Assembly (NCBI GenBank): GCA_001179505.1
Contig: CDMY01000656.1
Location: 244,471 to 308,470 of the forward strand
Source of the DNA: Vitrella brassicaformis CCMP3155
Lineage: Eukaryota > Protista > Chromerida
Direction: 5' to 3'
Length of the DNA: 64,000 nt
The position numbers and the translations under genes are program-made. The notes beneath the pieces were generated by a model. It ran no database searches, had not been told where the DNA came from, and saw only the letters and a program-made list of their open reading frames with translations. Below, in pieces: positions 1 to 13,281 of this stretch (positions are counted from its first letter, which is position 1; every line of letters starts with the position of its first letter).

Positions 1-287
1 GTGTGGTGTGCAGGCGGACCGAGCGCTGGGCCAATTTCCTAAGTGGCCGCTCCGAGAAGTCCATCTGTGTGGTGGGGCACTCGATGTTCTTCAAAAGATG
101 GACACGTGAGCACAGCAGCCATTCCAAAGCATGTTGTGTGGCTGGCACCCACTTATTCCTTGTCGAGTCGACCCATGCCACGCCACGCCATGCCTTTGTC
201 TGTTTGTGTCCCTCAGGTTCGTCCAAGATGCGCAATCTGGAGGTGCGTGCGTTCATCTTCAACAAGGCCACGCGCATACTCTCGTGA
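1..287 (+). CDS. Histidine phosphatase / phosphoglycerate mutase family protein, 3' end (5'-partial)
   Basis: Exons ~14-105 and 217-287 splice (GTGAG...CAG) to RTERWANFLSGRSEKSICVVGHSMFFKRWT/GSSKMRNLEVRAFIF..stop. VVGHS and the downstream N-x-E-V match the C-terminal half of the PGAM-like fold. Confidence 0.6.
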   Translation, partial: VVCRRTERWANFLSGRSEKSICVVGHSMFFKRWTREHSSHSKACCVAGTHLFLVESTHATPRHAFVCLCPSGSSKMRNLEVRAFIFNKATRILS

Positions 288-706
288 ACTGAATGCAATG
301 CAATCAATGCATGCATATGATCGGACGAACGGACTTTGGTGGATGGGTGTGGTGGATGGATGGGTGGGTGTATGTGCGGTGTTTGTCGGTGTCGCTGTAC
401 AGACAGACGTGTGCTTGCATGGGTGTGGTGTGGTGTACATCCAGCGAATTGACCGCCCTGCGATCTGTGCGCACGCTACACGTTCCACTCGGTCTCGTAC
501 AACATACATAATGCACGAGCAGAAATGATTGCACACACCAGTCCACCCACCCACCCGCCCGCCCGCCCGCCCGCCAGACAGTCAGCTACTTGTGTCTTCT
601 TCCTTGACGCCATCCGGCCGCCCCGCAGAACACACACCAACAAACACACACAATGGACACATAGATCAGGTCGTCTGCATCATGTGTGTGGCTCTCACCT
701 GTGTAT

Positions 707-2668
707 CTATGGTGCCTGGCCGTCGAGGACGATGGGGGCGATGGGGCCGAGGACGAGACGCCCTTTGGCGGCCGTCAGGGGGAATCGCCGTGCGAATGGC
801 GCGTCATTGGCCACACCTGCTGCCGGCGCCTCGGTGGTAGCGATGGTGATGCGGACTGCACGCAAACGATAGCAGATGATCGGACACCACGACGGCATGG
901 GGGTGTTGTCGAGTTGCTCTTTCTTTACGTGTATGCGCACCGTTCGGGTCGGTGTAGGGAATGAAAAAGGCAATGTATGCGATGAATGCGTCGGCTGATG
1001 ATGTCAGCACCTGAGCCTGCAGACACACCCCACTAATCGTGTCCATGCGATAAATGGGTCGCCCGACGTCGTCAGCACATGCACCTGCGCACAGGTCCCA
1101 TCGGCCCGCTCCCATGCCGTCACGTGTGAGCACGCGTCGAGGGGCGTGTGAGGCGATTGGGTCATGATGCGGTCCAGATAACCTCCACGCACACCCCTGA
1201 CACACACATATCCACGTTATGAAACAGACCACGAGCGACCTGCCATCTTCATCCGTCCACTTACCGGTCTACTGGCATTGGTGGTGACTGGAACAAGTCG
1301 CCAAATGCGTCACTCCGGTGAGTCAGCAGCAGCCTCTTCAGCAGGGAACTCGCCGATGCGGAAAAGCCCCCGGCGTTTCCACCCCCCGTCCAGCCCACAC
1401 CATGAGCCCACCAAATGCGGCTGCGGACGGGCGGGTCGTGCGGCCTGGCGTCCTGCTGGAAGGGGTGGCGGGAGAAGGGATGGACAGGGCGGGTGGGCTG
1501 GGGGAGGGGCGGGTTGAGAGTGATGGCGAAGCCGGGTTGGTTGTGGATGGCGCGAATTTCATTGTTGTAGCGGAAGAGCTGGAGTGTGCCGTCTTGCTGG
1601 CCGTTGGGGCGGCGGAAGGCCACATGGCGGCCGACGAGCATCCACTGCGCACAGAACCGGGGCAGCGACGAGTACTCCTGCATTCAAGACACACACACAC
1701 ACAAAGCCATTCACTCATTGCCACACTCACAGTGCCTCTTCTCATGTGCGTCGTGCTTACCGCCTTGGTGGCGTGTGTCTGCAGATCTCCGGCACCCACA
1801 GTGATGGGCAGCTGGCAATAGCCGAGATGCTCAGCGAGGCTGAGAGTGTCCGCCACCTCCCCCCAGCCGCCCTCGCCCCCCTCCTCCATCAGCCACATGG
1901 CCTTCATCACATCGCCGTGGCTCAGCTGATCGTCGGACTGCACCACACCGCCCACCCCCGCCCACTCGATTGCCTTCCGCAGCCAAATATTGAGGAAGAT
2001 GGGCCGCAGGGCGTTTCTGAAGTGGCGGGCTGTCGCCTTGAGTCGGTCAACGGTCGTGAGGTCAGAGAGTGCCAGGACGATACTAATGGGTCCCGCGGGA
2101 ATGTCAGATACGTGCCACCGCCGACCCTGATGACACACAGAAAGACACACACGGAGCTGTGTGTGTGTGTGTGGTCTCCCTTTCACCTGGTGCGGGTGTG
2201 TGTTGTGAGTGCGATGGTCGAGTCGATGTTGTCCGCCAGCTGGGCCAGACGGGCCGATTCAGCAGAGAGTTGACGAGTGACATTGGCCACCATCTGATCA
2301 ATGAATGAATCAGAGCACACGTGAGACCATGGCACAGTTGCCTGGTGTTCTGCCAGTCTGGCCACACCAGTGGTGTGATCGCAGAGGTGTCCACCTGAGA
2401 GAATCGGCCGATGCCGTTGTTGACCTGCACACCACAGCAGACAACAACACAAAGCAACCGAACAATGTACATTGAACGGAGTGAGTGTCGATTGATTACC
2501 TACCCTCGCCTGATTGGTCTGATAGGCCTGAATCTGTGCCAACAGCTGATCCCGCATCGCTGCCGTTGACATCTGCAGCAGACGTCACATGGCAAACAAC
2601 AACACAATCAGAGATCTACGTGCTTTTCCTGGCTCCTCTTCTCTCACCTGAGCAGCGCTGGCAGCCAT
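707..2668 (-). CDS. Lineage-specific expanded-family protein (family A, copy 1), multi-exon
   Basis: Spliced model MAASAAQ/MSTAAMRDQLL...RRWHVSDIPAGPISIV...GDVMKAMWLMEEGGEGGW...LPRFCAQWMLVGRHVAF...VLGPIAPIVLDGQAP*. Collinear, with shared intron positions, with the paralog at 53337-55288. Confidence 0.8.
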
Positions 2669-2838
2669 CGTGCAGCCAAGCCACCAACAGCTACTTCTGC
2701 ACGCCTCACCTCATCACCGCCAAGCCTCCCGTCGTCGTTTCGTCATCGACAGCACGCCTCGGCCCCTGGTTGGTTTGGGGCCCTTTCTCGACCGGGGAGC
2801 TGCTCTTCGATCCCTTCTCTTTTCCTTCCGCGTACAGC

Positions 2839-5193
2839 ATGCGAAACGACGAGCTTGACCGGCTGAATCACCAGCTCGACGCCCTCCAAGGAATGGTGTT
2901 CATGCAGACAGACCAACTGGCGGTTGTCAGTGAGGAGAAAAAGTTCCATCCCCTCACCGCCCCGCTGCCGAGGCCCCTGCTGAAGGTACCGTCCCGCGAA
3001 GCTGCTGCTGCCAGAGAGGAACCCGGGAGCGTCGAAGACAAGAAGCAGCAGACACAGGTGAATCCTCCCTTGATTAATGGCAGAAGGTGTTCATTGCTGT
3101 GCATGGTTGCCTGATGCCTGCAGGTGCCGTTTCCCTTTTCGTCCTATCCCCCTTACGCATCGATTGCCCCGAGTGTGTGCAGTGGTCATTCGGAGGAGCT
3201 GGAGAAGCTGCGGCGGCTCGCTGAGGTGCAGGAGTCACAACTAAATGCACTCAGACACACACTCAGGTCAGAAAGAGAAGAGACCCATTCGACCCATGCA
3301 CCTCTGTGTGTGCGTGTGCTGCGCTGCCCAGGCGTCGTGAGGCTGAGATTTCGTCAATGTACGACTCCCACCGTGCTGCTCGCGAGGACACCTCAGAGAC
3401 GCAGACGCAGCAGGACAAGCGGCAAACACCTCCTGCTGCCACAACTGTCGATGAAGACACACAGAAGCAAATCGACAGCATGCAGGTGCGCCGGTCGTTC
3501 CGATCTCACTGTGTCTGCGCCCTCTGGATGTCTGGATGTCAGCATGAGATTGACAAGAGGGACCGGATCATCAGCTTTCTCCACAAAGACATGCAGGAGC
3601 TCCGATCCGCCAATGAGACACTCTCTCAGGAGATGCATGCCGCCAGACCAGCAGCGAGAGACGCCGGCGCTAAGGAGGACAACGGGAGACAGGACGGGAC
3701 TGTGCCGTCTCTTGTGGTTGTGAACAACCCGCAAAATCCTGCGACGCAGGTGTGGACGGAAGAGCGTGCTGCCGATCGGTGTCTCGGTCCCTTGTCTGCT
3801 CTCTGCATGTTGTCTCTGCTCTGCTAGTGGGTGGTGGTTGATGGGGTCAACATCGATGTGGATCTCAAGGACGATACCTCAAGGGTGACCTTCCTCCTTG
3901 GCCATCTCCACCAAGCCATCGACAAATTCTGCCGCTCGCAGACCCTCATACACCAGCTGGAGGCAGCAACCGCGACGAAAGACAACGAGCTGGCAGCCAC
4001 GCGGTGAGAAGGAAGAGGGCAGAGACACATTCACGTCGAGAGAGACATGGTGTGCTGTGGTTCTGTGTGTGGACAGTAAAGCCATCAGAGAGCTGGAGGC
4101 ACAGGTGGAGTCCGCAAGGAAACAGCTGGAAGACGAGCGCCTCGAGCGCACACTAGTGGTCAGCCAAGCCAACTTGCAAAAAATGCTCACCACCTCTCCC
4201 TCTCCCCTCTCCCCCTCTGTCTTTAGGACCGTGAACTGCTAGAGGCCCGGAAGCGTCTCACAGAGAGCGACAACGTGGCCTACAACAGGACCCGCGAACT
4301 CAAGCTGGAACTGGAGCGGGAGAGGCGGGGGCAGGTGCAGGAGCTGGAGAGCCTCTACGCCGCCAAGAGAGAGGAGGCCGACAGGGAGCGGGCGGCAAGG
4401 GCGGATATCGCATCCGGCCTGGAGCAGGCACAGCTGCAGGTGAGTGACCTGAGCTCCTCACTGCAGCTCGAGAGGGCCAAGGTCAAGTCGTTGGAGGAGC
4501 AGATCGGTCGCTTGCAGTACTGGGCGGCGCACAACAGACAGGTATCTGGCGTGCTGTGCGTGTGGTGGGACAAACGGCCCTGTGTTGTATCCCAATGGCC
4601 TGATCAGGTTTTGGCATTTGCCGGGTTCGAAGAGACGGAGTCAGCGCTCAGACACCAGCTCAGATCCACAATGGTAAGCGATGCTGAACTGCACCTTGCC
4701 CTGTCCGACCGACAAGGCTCAGACAGGCAGGCAGCCAGGCGTCCGTGTCTGATGCATCAATGCTGTGTGTTGTGTAGGCTGAGTGCGAGACCCTGAGGGA
4801 CCAGCTGCAGAACAGCCGCAGGTCCCCCATGTCGCCCGTGTCCGTGTGCTCCTCTCCAATGCCAGCAGCTGCCTCGCCCAGCAGCAGTGATGCATTACAC
4901 CGGCCCTCGCCCTCCCACGCCCTCTCTCTCGCGTCGCCATACCGCGCACACGAGACACATCGACCCATCCCGTCGCTTGCCACACACGGCGCGCCCTTCC
5001 TCTACCGCACCGCCCCTCCGACGGCCTCTGCTCGTGACATCAAGGTATGTGGTGTGTGAGACACGGAGGCCAAGGAAGCTTGAAGCGTGTGGGTTGGTGG
5101 CTGTGTTGCTGCCTGCAGGCGTGGCGTGCAGAGCTTTCGACCAGTGCGGAGCCGCCTACGTTTCGAGAGGGACAGCGGGCGATGGACTATTGA
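2839..5193 (+). CDS. Coiled-coil protein, hypothetical, multi-exon (start uncertain)
   Basis: Successive E/K/Q/R-rich heptad exons (MRNDELDRLNHQLDALQ; ELEKLRRLAEVQESQL; AIRELEAQVESARKQLEDER; ELKLELERERRGQVQELE) joined by GT-AG introns; ends REGQRAMDY* at 5193. Confidence 0.7.
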
Positions 5194-6320
5194 ATGGCTG
5201 ACTCCCGCCAGTTCTGATGCCATATGCCATGTGGTGGGAAGTGTTGGGGGAGGGGGTCTTCTGCCGGGGAGGGGGCTGTTGGCTCATTTGTTCTGCTGGA
5301 AGGGGTTGTACTGACCTTCATACTGATGTCTGTGATATGATAAGTCTTTTCCGACCTGACAGCCACAAATGTTTGTATCTCTCTCACTCAACTAGTTCCT
5401 CTCTGCTCATCCTCTGCGGGAAACTCTCGCTCTCTCTCTCTGCGCCTGCTCTCTGTGTGTGTGTCGCTGAGCCCGCTTTTGCTGCTCCAAAGCGTCCGTA
5501 CGCACACGCATGGAGGCAAAGATATACACACACACATATGCCGAACCGAGTGAGCCGTCTGTCTGACGCGTCCACACACAGTGACGGTGCACCTGAATGC
5601 CATGCCGCCTGGCCTGATCATGTTGGCATCCAGGTGGTCCATCACTGTGTGTGACCGAATCCTGCAGACGAACCAACCACAAACTTTCCCCATACAGTGT
5701 GGCCAATCTGGCTAGATAAGCAGCTCCCACCCATCCTTGGCGTGATGACCTCATGCACGAGCTGTCGATTGTCTTGCACATACCTGCCGCACCTCAACTG
5801 CCGCTTTGCAGTGTCAGAAGGGGCAGCAGCTGTGCAGATGGGATGTGGAACACAATCGACAAGCCGACAGGTAGGCCAGCGAGACCCAGGATGTCGCTGA
5901 CTCGATCAGCCACAAATGCTGCCGGACGAATTGGCGCATAGACTGCGCACCTGCCTGGATGGATGGATGGATGGATGACAAACACACGCACTCCGCCACC
6001 AATGAATCAATGGTAGTATTACATTAGATTGACAGACAGGCAGACAGACAGACAGACATTCAGCCAGCCAACACGTAAGCACACACACACACTACACTCA
6101 TTGGCCGAGTATTGGCCAAGCGCCAGGACAACCGAATAAAGTATGCCCCCACACCCTGCCCCACTGCACACGTCTCTCGACATTCATCCACCGACAAGTA
6201 GGCGAACCATACCAAAGACGCAAAAACACCAGCCACATTGATCTCTCTTGCACCTGACTCGAATCTCATGCATGACAGACAGCCTCTCGCCGCCAGCCAG
6301 TCAGTCAGTCTCTCAATCGC

Positions 6321-9300
6321 TCAGAAATACGTGTCGAGGGACAGCCACAGGTGCTGCTCGGCGACCTGGTCGTTGGCTAAACCTGACGACACACACCAAG
6401 CCCCACCCCACCACCCACCACACCACACCATACCAGCCGCATGTCTACAGCCATCTGTGGTTGTCTTTCAGGACGGCTGACCATTGTGTGAGATGTATCC
6501 ATCGGGTCTGCAGAGTATCCATGCGCCAGGGTATGCGAGGCCGGTCAGCGGCAGCTTGAGGCGCCCCTTGAGCTGCACCTCCATGTCCCACACCAAATCT
6601 AGCGGCAGCGCGTCCACAGAACGGCCAATGCTGTGACACAACAAAACACACACACGGGAGTGCCCTCTCCCTCTTCCTCTCTCTCTGCGTGTGTCGTCTG
6701 GCTGCTGTACGTGGCGCTGCATTTCTGCTTGATCTGGTCGAGCACTCGTCTGAGGCTGCCGCCCTCCACTGATGGCGTCAGAGAGGCCTTGCCGGGCGGC
6801 GACAGCACCTACACACCCACCCCACCCACACACAGGAAAGCACACGGCACATCCATCCATCTGTCCATGCAGACAGAGAGTTTGTTTGTTGCATGGGACG
6901 GACATACCAGCAGTGCCCTGAGTCCGCCCCAGGGGCTGTCTGTGGCGCATCCGATCTTCTGCATCGCCCGCACCGCCAGGCTCACCAACATCACCATCGT
7001 GCGGCCAACTGACACACACATACACACCCACACCATGCATAATCGGACAGCACACAGTGACCGCCNNNNNNNNNNNNNNNNNNNNNNNNNNNNNNNNNNN
7101 NNNNNNNNNNNNNNNNNNNNNNNNNNNNNNNNNNNNNNNNNNNNNNNNNNNNNNNNNNNNNNNNNNNNNNNNNNNNNNNNNNNNNNNNNNNNNNNNNNNN
7201 NNNNNNNNNNNNNNNNNNNNNNNNNNNNNNNNNNNNNNNNNNNNNNNNNNNNNNNNNNNNNNNNNNNNNNNNNNNNNNNNNNNNNNNNNNNNNNNNNNNN
7301 NNNNNNNNNNNNNNNNNNNNNNNNNNNNNNNNNNNNNNNNNNNNNNNNNNNNNNNNNNNNNNNNNCCTCCCCCCTCCCTCCCTCCCTCTCTCTACTTCCG
7401 TACGTCTAGTCTCGGTGCTGGGCGGGTTCGCCTCCTGTGGTGCGAGCAGCTCTTCGAAGGGCTCCAGACATGCTGCCGGGTCGCAGCACTGGGAGATCCA
7501 GCCGCCCTCTCCCATGGTCGGGATGCACACGGTCAGGATCATCGTGAAGTGGTTCGACGCCAGGAACTACATCCACACACACACACACACACACAGAGGA
7601 GGGAATGACCGGTCGTGTGTGGGTCTGGGTGTGGGTGTGGGTGTGGGTGTTGGCGACGTGGGTGACGCTCTTACGTACTCGATGCAGGCGGACGGGGCGC
7701 ACGTTCTCGGTTTCCTTGACCTGCATTGCGGGCAGACATTCAGCCACATGAGGCCCCTGCGCGTGTGGACAACATGCTCACACACATACCAGTCCCAGCA
7801 ACGCGTCAGGGACCCTTTGGCCCGGCCGGAGGCTGCCGTAGATCATGGGACGGCCCACGAGCATGCTGCCATAAACGTCACACACATCCGTCCACACACG
7901 GCATGGGCCGGCCGGCATTTTGTGCGTTTGGCGCTTACTTTGACGATGGGTAGGATATGTCGGTCATGGCGAGTGCCTTGGTGAGCTGTTCGTTCATGTA
8001 GGCGGGCCGGATGAGGGGGCCAAGGACGTTGGTGAAGAACCACAGAGCCCAGGTGTCTGAATGTCAATCACATCGCACCACACACATGGGCGTTCGAGAA
8101 TACGCCCCAGCTAGCATTCACACACACATATATCTTGCTGACTTGGTTTGGCCTTGAGCATCGCTTGGTAGCCACGGGATGTGTTGGCAATGAGATTCTC
8201 TATGGGACACGCAAGGCACACAAGGCACACGCGTTCATCTGTGGGCGTACGTGTCGGTGCTCCTTCCCTTCTCCGACCTGCGAGCGGTCTTCTCTCCGTG
8301 TCGTACGTCTCGAGGATCGACGACGATGCCCCGCCCCGCACACACAGCGCCAGCTTCCACCCGAGATTTGCTGCGTCCTGCGACACGTGCCAAACACACC
8401 CACGGACAATGTGTGTATGGCGTCCGGCTACGCAGCTAGCTGTCTATTAGACCTGTATGGCAGCGTTCATGCCCTGGTAGCCCAGAGGAGGACTGCAGTG
8501 GGCGGCGTCACCGACCTAACAACATACACACACCACCGAGCACATGGGTGCGGCGCGTGTACGCTTGTCGACGTGCGCACATGGACACACACATACATTA
8601 CCAGGAAGGCATTGCCGCGTCTAAATGTCGACGCACACCGCGACACCAGGGGAAAGATGTCCCGCCACTGCACCTCGAGTAACTCAGTCCCAGGCACCAC
8701 CTACACCGCCACACCCATCCCACCGTTACGCACACGGGTAATCGGACCACTATCTGCAGGTGGTTGTGTCTGTGTATGGGCAGGCAGGCGCGTACATCGT
8801 CAAGGAGCTCTTCCAGTTGCTCGAATGAGGGCGACTGGGGGTTCCAGAGATTGTCGAGGACGTTCTGCTCCTCCGCGAGGGCCAGCGGGCGGACGGTGAT
8901 GACGCGCCACCGGCTGCCCTTCAGACGGATGCAGCACACGATGCCCGTCGAAGTCGTAATGAAGTTCCATCGTGTGGCGCCGTCGATGTCGCCCGGCACT
9001 CCCCAGTTGACCGACACATCAGCGTCGATGAACCTGTGGCCAGGACGGCATACCAACCCGTGCACACACATGGATACGGGTCGTTGTCCTCACTGGAAGG
9101 GCAAGGTCTTGCCTTCGAATGGGATACCGAGCTCTTTCCTCACCCTGCTGGCAGCACCATCACACGCAATCTGACACACACACACACACACAAGGCCCAT
9201 CGATGCGTTCGTTGGTCGTGTTTGGATGAATGGCTCCCCCCCCTCCCCCTCGCTCACCAGGAACTTTCCTCTGACGGTGGTTGGCTCTCGTATGAGCGGC

Positions 9301-9841
9301 AGGCCGCCGCCGGTGACGGGGGTGCCGTGGGCACAGTGCTCTATTAGCTCCTGCACCACCCACAGCCTGTGCGCTCCGTTGCCTGTGCGGTGTGTTGGTG
9401 AGTGTCTTACCTCTGTGAGATCGTACGGCTGTATGGTGACCGACACGCCCTCGTGCGGCTGCTTGCCCACCTGCAGACTCATCAAACACACATGCGTCGC
9501 CCAGTTCTGTGTGCGGTGGATGGACTGCCTGCCTTGATGTCGTGGATCCAAAAGGGCCTTTTGATCCTCTCGATGCCTGCAGGACAGGTGCAACGACATC
9601 AAGCACACGACACAAAGAGGGAACAGCATGGATCGAGAGAGACCCATCGACCGACCGATGATGTGTTCGATGAGTATGTCTTCCAAGTCGTTCTGCGGGA
9701 GAGCCACGGGGTGGCGGTACTGAGAGCCCTCCACTCGGGAGAAGGTCCAGTCGACAGCACAGGAACCCTCCACGAAGAGGCGCTCGCCCAACACCTCCAC
9801 ACCCCTGCTGCGCACCTCATCAATCACACCCAGGCCTGAAA

Positions 9842-9874
<33 letters not shown>

Positions 9875-10349
9875 TAAACACGCACTCTCCTTTGTATGTG
9901 TGTTCACATCATCTATTTGGCGTACGTTCGAGTATTTCCTGGGTCTTGGTGTGCACAGTGACGCCTCTCGAGAAGGGGATGACGCGTGGGCACCGGTCGA
10001 TGACCAGGAAGTCCACACCACGCACACTCAATTCGGCAGCCAGCGCAAGACCAGCAGGACCTGACACACACCGCACAGATGAGTGTGCAACAGGTTGTGC
10101 CTGCCATGCCATGGATCTGCCTCGGTGTCTGTGTTGACCTGCTCCAATGATAATGACATCAGTGGTCGCTGGGACCTCGTCCACGTTGCTGCAGTCAGAC
10201 AGACATACATGTTCGGGTGTGTCGGTTTTGCATGCGTGATTCGCGTACAAGTAGGCGAGAGTGCGGTACTCTGACACGTTGAAGCGCCCGTACGGCACCA
10301 CCCTCTCCGTCTCCCCTTCCGTCGACGCCTGACTGTCCGAGTCTTTCAT
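6321..10349 (-). CDS. FAD-dependent aromatic-ring monooxygenase (PheA/TfdB, FAD_binding_3 family)
   Basis: Spliced motifs: DVIIIGAG/PAGLALA (GxGxxG), LPQNDLEDIL, FL/VGDAAHCSPPLGYQGMNAAIQ/DAANLGWKLA..ILETYDTERRP, C-terminal LCRPDGYI. Stop after WLSLDTYF at 6321. One intron contains an N gap. Confidence 0.9.
7066..7365. other. Assembly gap (300 N)
   Basis: Run of exactly 300 N inside a monooxygenase intron. Confidence 1.
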
Positions 10350-10611
10350 GCCCCAAACTACCAGATCTTCACAAAATAAACTTGCTCCCGAAAAGGAGGG
10401 TCCGCCCGGCAGAAGCACAGCGCTTCAGGAAACAGACATTGTGGATGGTAGTAAGGTTGGTAGTGACGGATCTTTGCAAGACGGAATGAATCTGAGCTCG
10501 CACAAGAAAATGCGGCCCAATGTGGGAGATGAATGTTCCACTGGACGCAAGTGCAACCCCAAATGTACAACGTACGTGTGCAATCGTGCGTTTCGTTCGC
10601 ATTCGGCAATC

Positions 10612-13281
10612 ATGGCCATGGCTAGCTGCACATCCGGGCCGGCTATCACTCGGCCACGATTCAGCCCCCGGTCTGCCCACGTCACAGCAGCAAAAGCATG
10701 TCTGTGGAACTCAGCGAAGGCCTTCTCAAGGCGAGCAAAGCCGTCCAGCCGATGGCACACTTACGTCTGCATTGGATGTCACTCCCTCTGTGTCCTGGTC
10801 TGTGTGAGTGCAGGGCGGTGATTCGAGTGAGGCGGCGACACAGAGGCCGACGCGCGCCCCGACGGATGAGGGGACTGTGCGGACGAAATCCCACGTGCAT
10901 TTTCTTGACCTCGATGACCGACCGTCAGAACGGGCCTCGACTGTCTCACACTCCACACAGGGGATGGCTCTCATACCCTGTGTGATGGCTATGAGAGCAA
11001 GGATAATCAAACACACGTACCTTGAGATCACAAAGGGTAAGTCAAGGCATACGTGCGAAAAAGACATTGACTTCATGGCACTGTTTTGCTCATTGCAGGT
11101 GTGTTGGCGGAGAAGGAGGCGACGATGGCCGAGCTGCTCCGGGGTGTGCACCAGCACAACAAATACAACGTGGTCGAAGACAAGTGAGCGAATGGCTGGT
11201 GAGTTGGACGATGCATACTGGCTGGCGCGGGCTGTTTCATGCAGGGCATCAGGCGCTCTCAAAATTCGCGATTTGCGACAGATATTCTCGGACTTCAGTG
11301 GCAGCCAAGCTTCTCTGGAGGTGCGACGGAACTGCATCCTCATCAACCTCCCGCCCATCCGTGCCATCATCCTCCACGACACAGTACGGATGGATGGCCA
11401 TTCACAGTCAGGCACCATTAATCATTCCCGCCTTTCAGGTGCTGATATTCCCCCTGGCTGGCGGTGAGGCTTTATCTGCCCAAGAGGTGCTGCACCGGAG
11501 GCAGTCAGTGCTGACACTCGACATCAGCTTCGAGACTCTACTTCCTGGTCTCATAGAGGAGATCTTCCCAGAGCACGACGAGAGGGCGCCGCAGCCCGAA
11601 GAGGATCAACGGATGACCGCGGTGCAGAGGCAGCAGGGCGGGAGGATGCCCACAGCGTCTGGCGCCTCGCCTCTTTGTGGCCGCTGCTGAGTGACGTGAC
11701 CGTTGCGCCGGTCAAGGAGCGTGACGGCAGAGAGGGGCGGGAGGAGGCCGAAAGAAAGCGAGCCAGCAAGATCAGAGACTGCATTGACAACGTGCTGCAA
11801 GTCTCCAAACAAAAGGTGTGTCACACAAAGAAAGGAGCAGGGAGACAGACAGACACGACGCCTCTGTGGGTATGTATGCATTGGCCTCACCAGCACGGGG
11901 GCCTTTTGTCGATCCCCTTTGAGTTTGCGGTGCTCGAGGCCATTCTTGCAGAGGTTGTGGCCTTCCTGCAGGGCGACTTCAAGCCAATCAAGACGGCCGT
12001 CGGTGAGAGAACTGGCCGCATACACGGGAGCCGATAAGGCGACCTGCACTGCTGAGTGCAGATTACGCATGCAGCGAGTTGGGGAGGAGCCAGGAGAGCT
12101 TCGCGTCGACGCGCACTGTGGAAGGGGTCAACCGCCTGAAGACTTGCCTCACTGCCCTGTCATTCCGCGTCAAGGGCATCAAGACGGCGATCTCTGAAGT
12201 GAGTGGCTAAATGTGACCTCTGTGTCAAGTGCACGCGTGTGTATCCATGTGTCCAGCTGCTGGACAACGATGAGGATATGAGCAGGCTCGAGATATCCCG
12301 CTTCTACGAGGCAAGCCGAGGCAGAAAGGACACACAGAGAGGATGGGACTATTTTCTTACTCATGCATGCGCAGAGACCGAACGAGCGTCCAGTGCCGGT
12401 CCGCCACGGCAGCATGATGTTCGGCTCCAGCATGGACAGGCGGCAGACCGCAGTCTCCCCAGTTCACGAAGAGCAGTCTTTTGCTGCCGCTACGGCCGCT
12501 GCCAGGGCTGCTGCGATTGCGTCTCCAGGCATACACACACACCTATTACGGCCACCCACAGATTCACCAGACATCCATCTGTGCGTCGGTGTGTGTGTGT
12601 GTGGCCTGGCTTGGTCCTTCCGTAGGTGTTAGTGAGGGTCAGAGCGGCGAGGGTGGTGTAGGTGGTGAGGGCGAGGAGTATTCTTTGGAGGACGTGGAGC
12701 TTTTGCTCGAGTGCTATATCCAGGAGGTCCAGCTGCTGGAGGGCAATATTGCCCATCTGCAGGAGGTCAGTCAGTCAGTCTGTGAGACACACAGAGACAC
12801 GGCCACTGTGACTCATTGGATTGGTCAGACATTGGACGACGTCCTTCAGCTGATGAACCTGAATCTTGCTACCGTCAGGAACAAGGTCCTGAAGGTCGAA
12901 GTAGGTAAGTGATCAACCCGGCGAAGCACAAGTTCAGTCATTCACGGCCTCTCTTTGTCGTGCAGGTCTGAATGTGGTTAGCGTTCTGGTTGGCTTCGGG
13001 GCGTGCATAGGGGGTGAGTAATTATGGGGAGGGGACAGATGGATGCGATGCGTTCATGGCCTCTGCCCTGTCTGTCTACAGGCCTCTTTGGCATGAACCT
13101 TCGGTCAGTGACGACACACAAGGGAGACACAACATGTCCAGGCCACGTGTGTTTATGTTGCAGGAGCGAGCTCGAGGACAGCATCTCCATGTTCTATGGG
13201 GTGATGGGCGCCACGATCGGCGTGTGTGTCATCACGGCAGTGGCCGTAGGCGTGTTTCTCAAGCGAGCCCTCACTCTCTAG
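10612..13281 (+). CDS. MRS2: MRS2/CorA-family magnesium transporter, possibly mitochondrion-targeted
   Basis: LKIRDLRQIF..LEVRRNCILINLPPIRAIILHD; IPFEFAVLEAIL; LLDNDEDMSRL; VELLLECYIQE; NLATVRNKVLKVE; TM1-GLFGMNL (GMN signature)-TM2, stop at 13281. The N-terminus is S/R/A-rich and basic. Confidence 0.9.
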
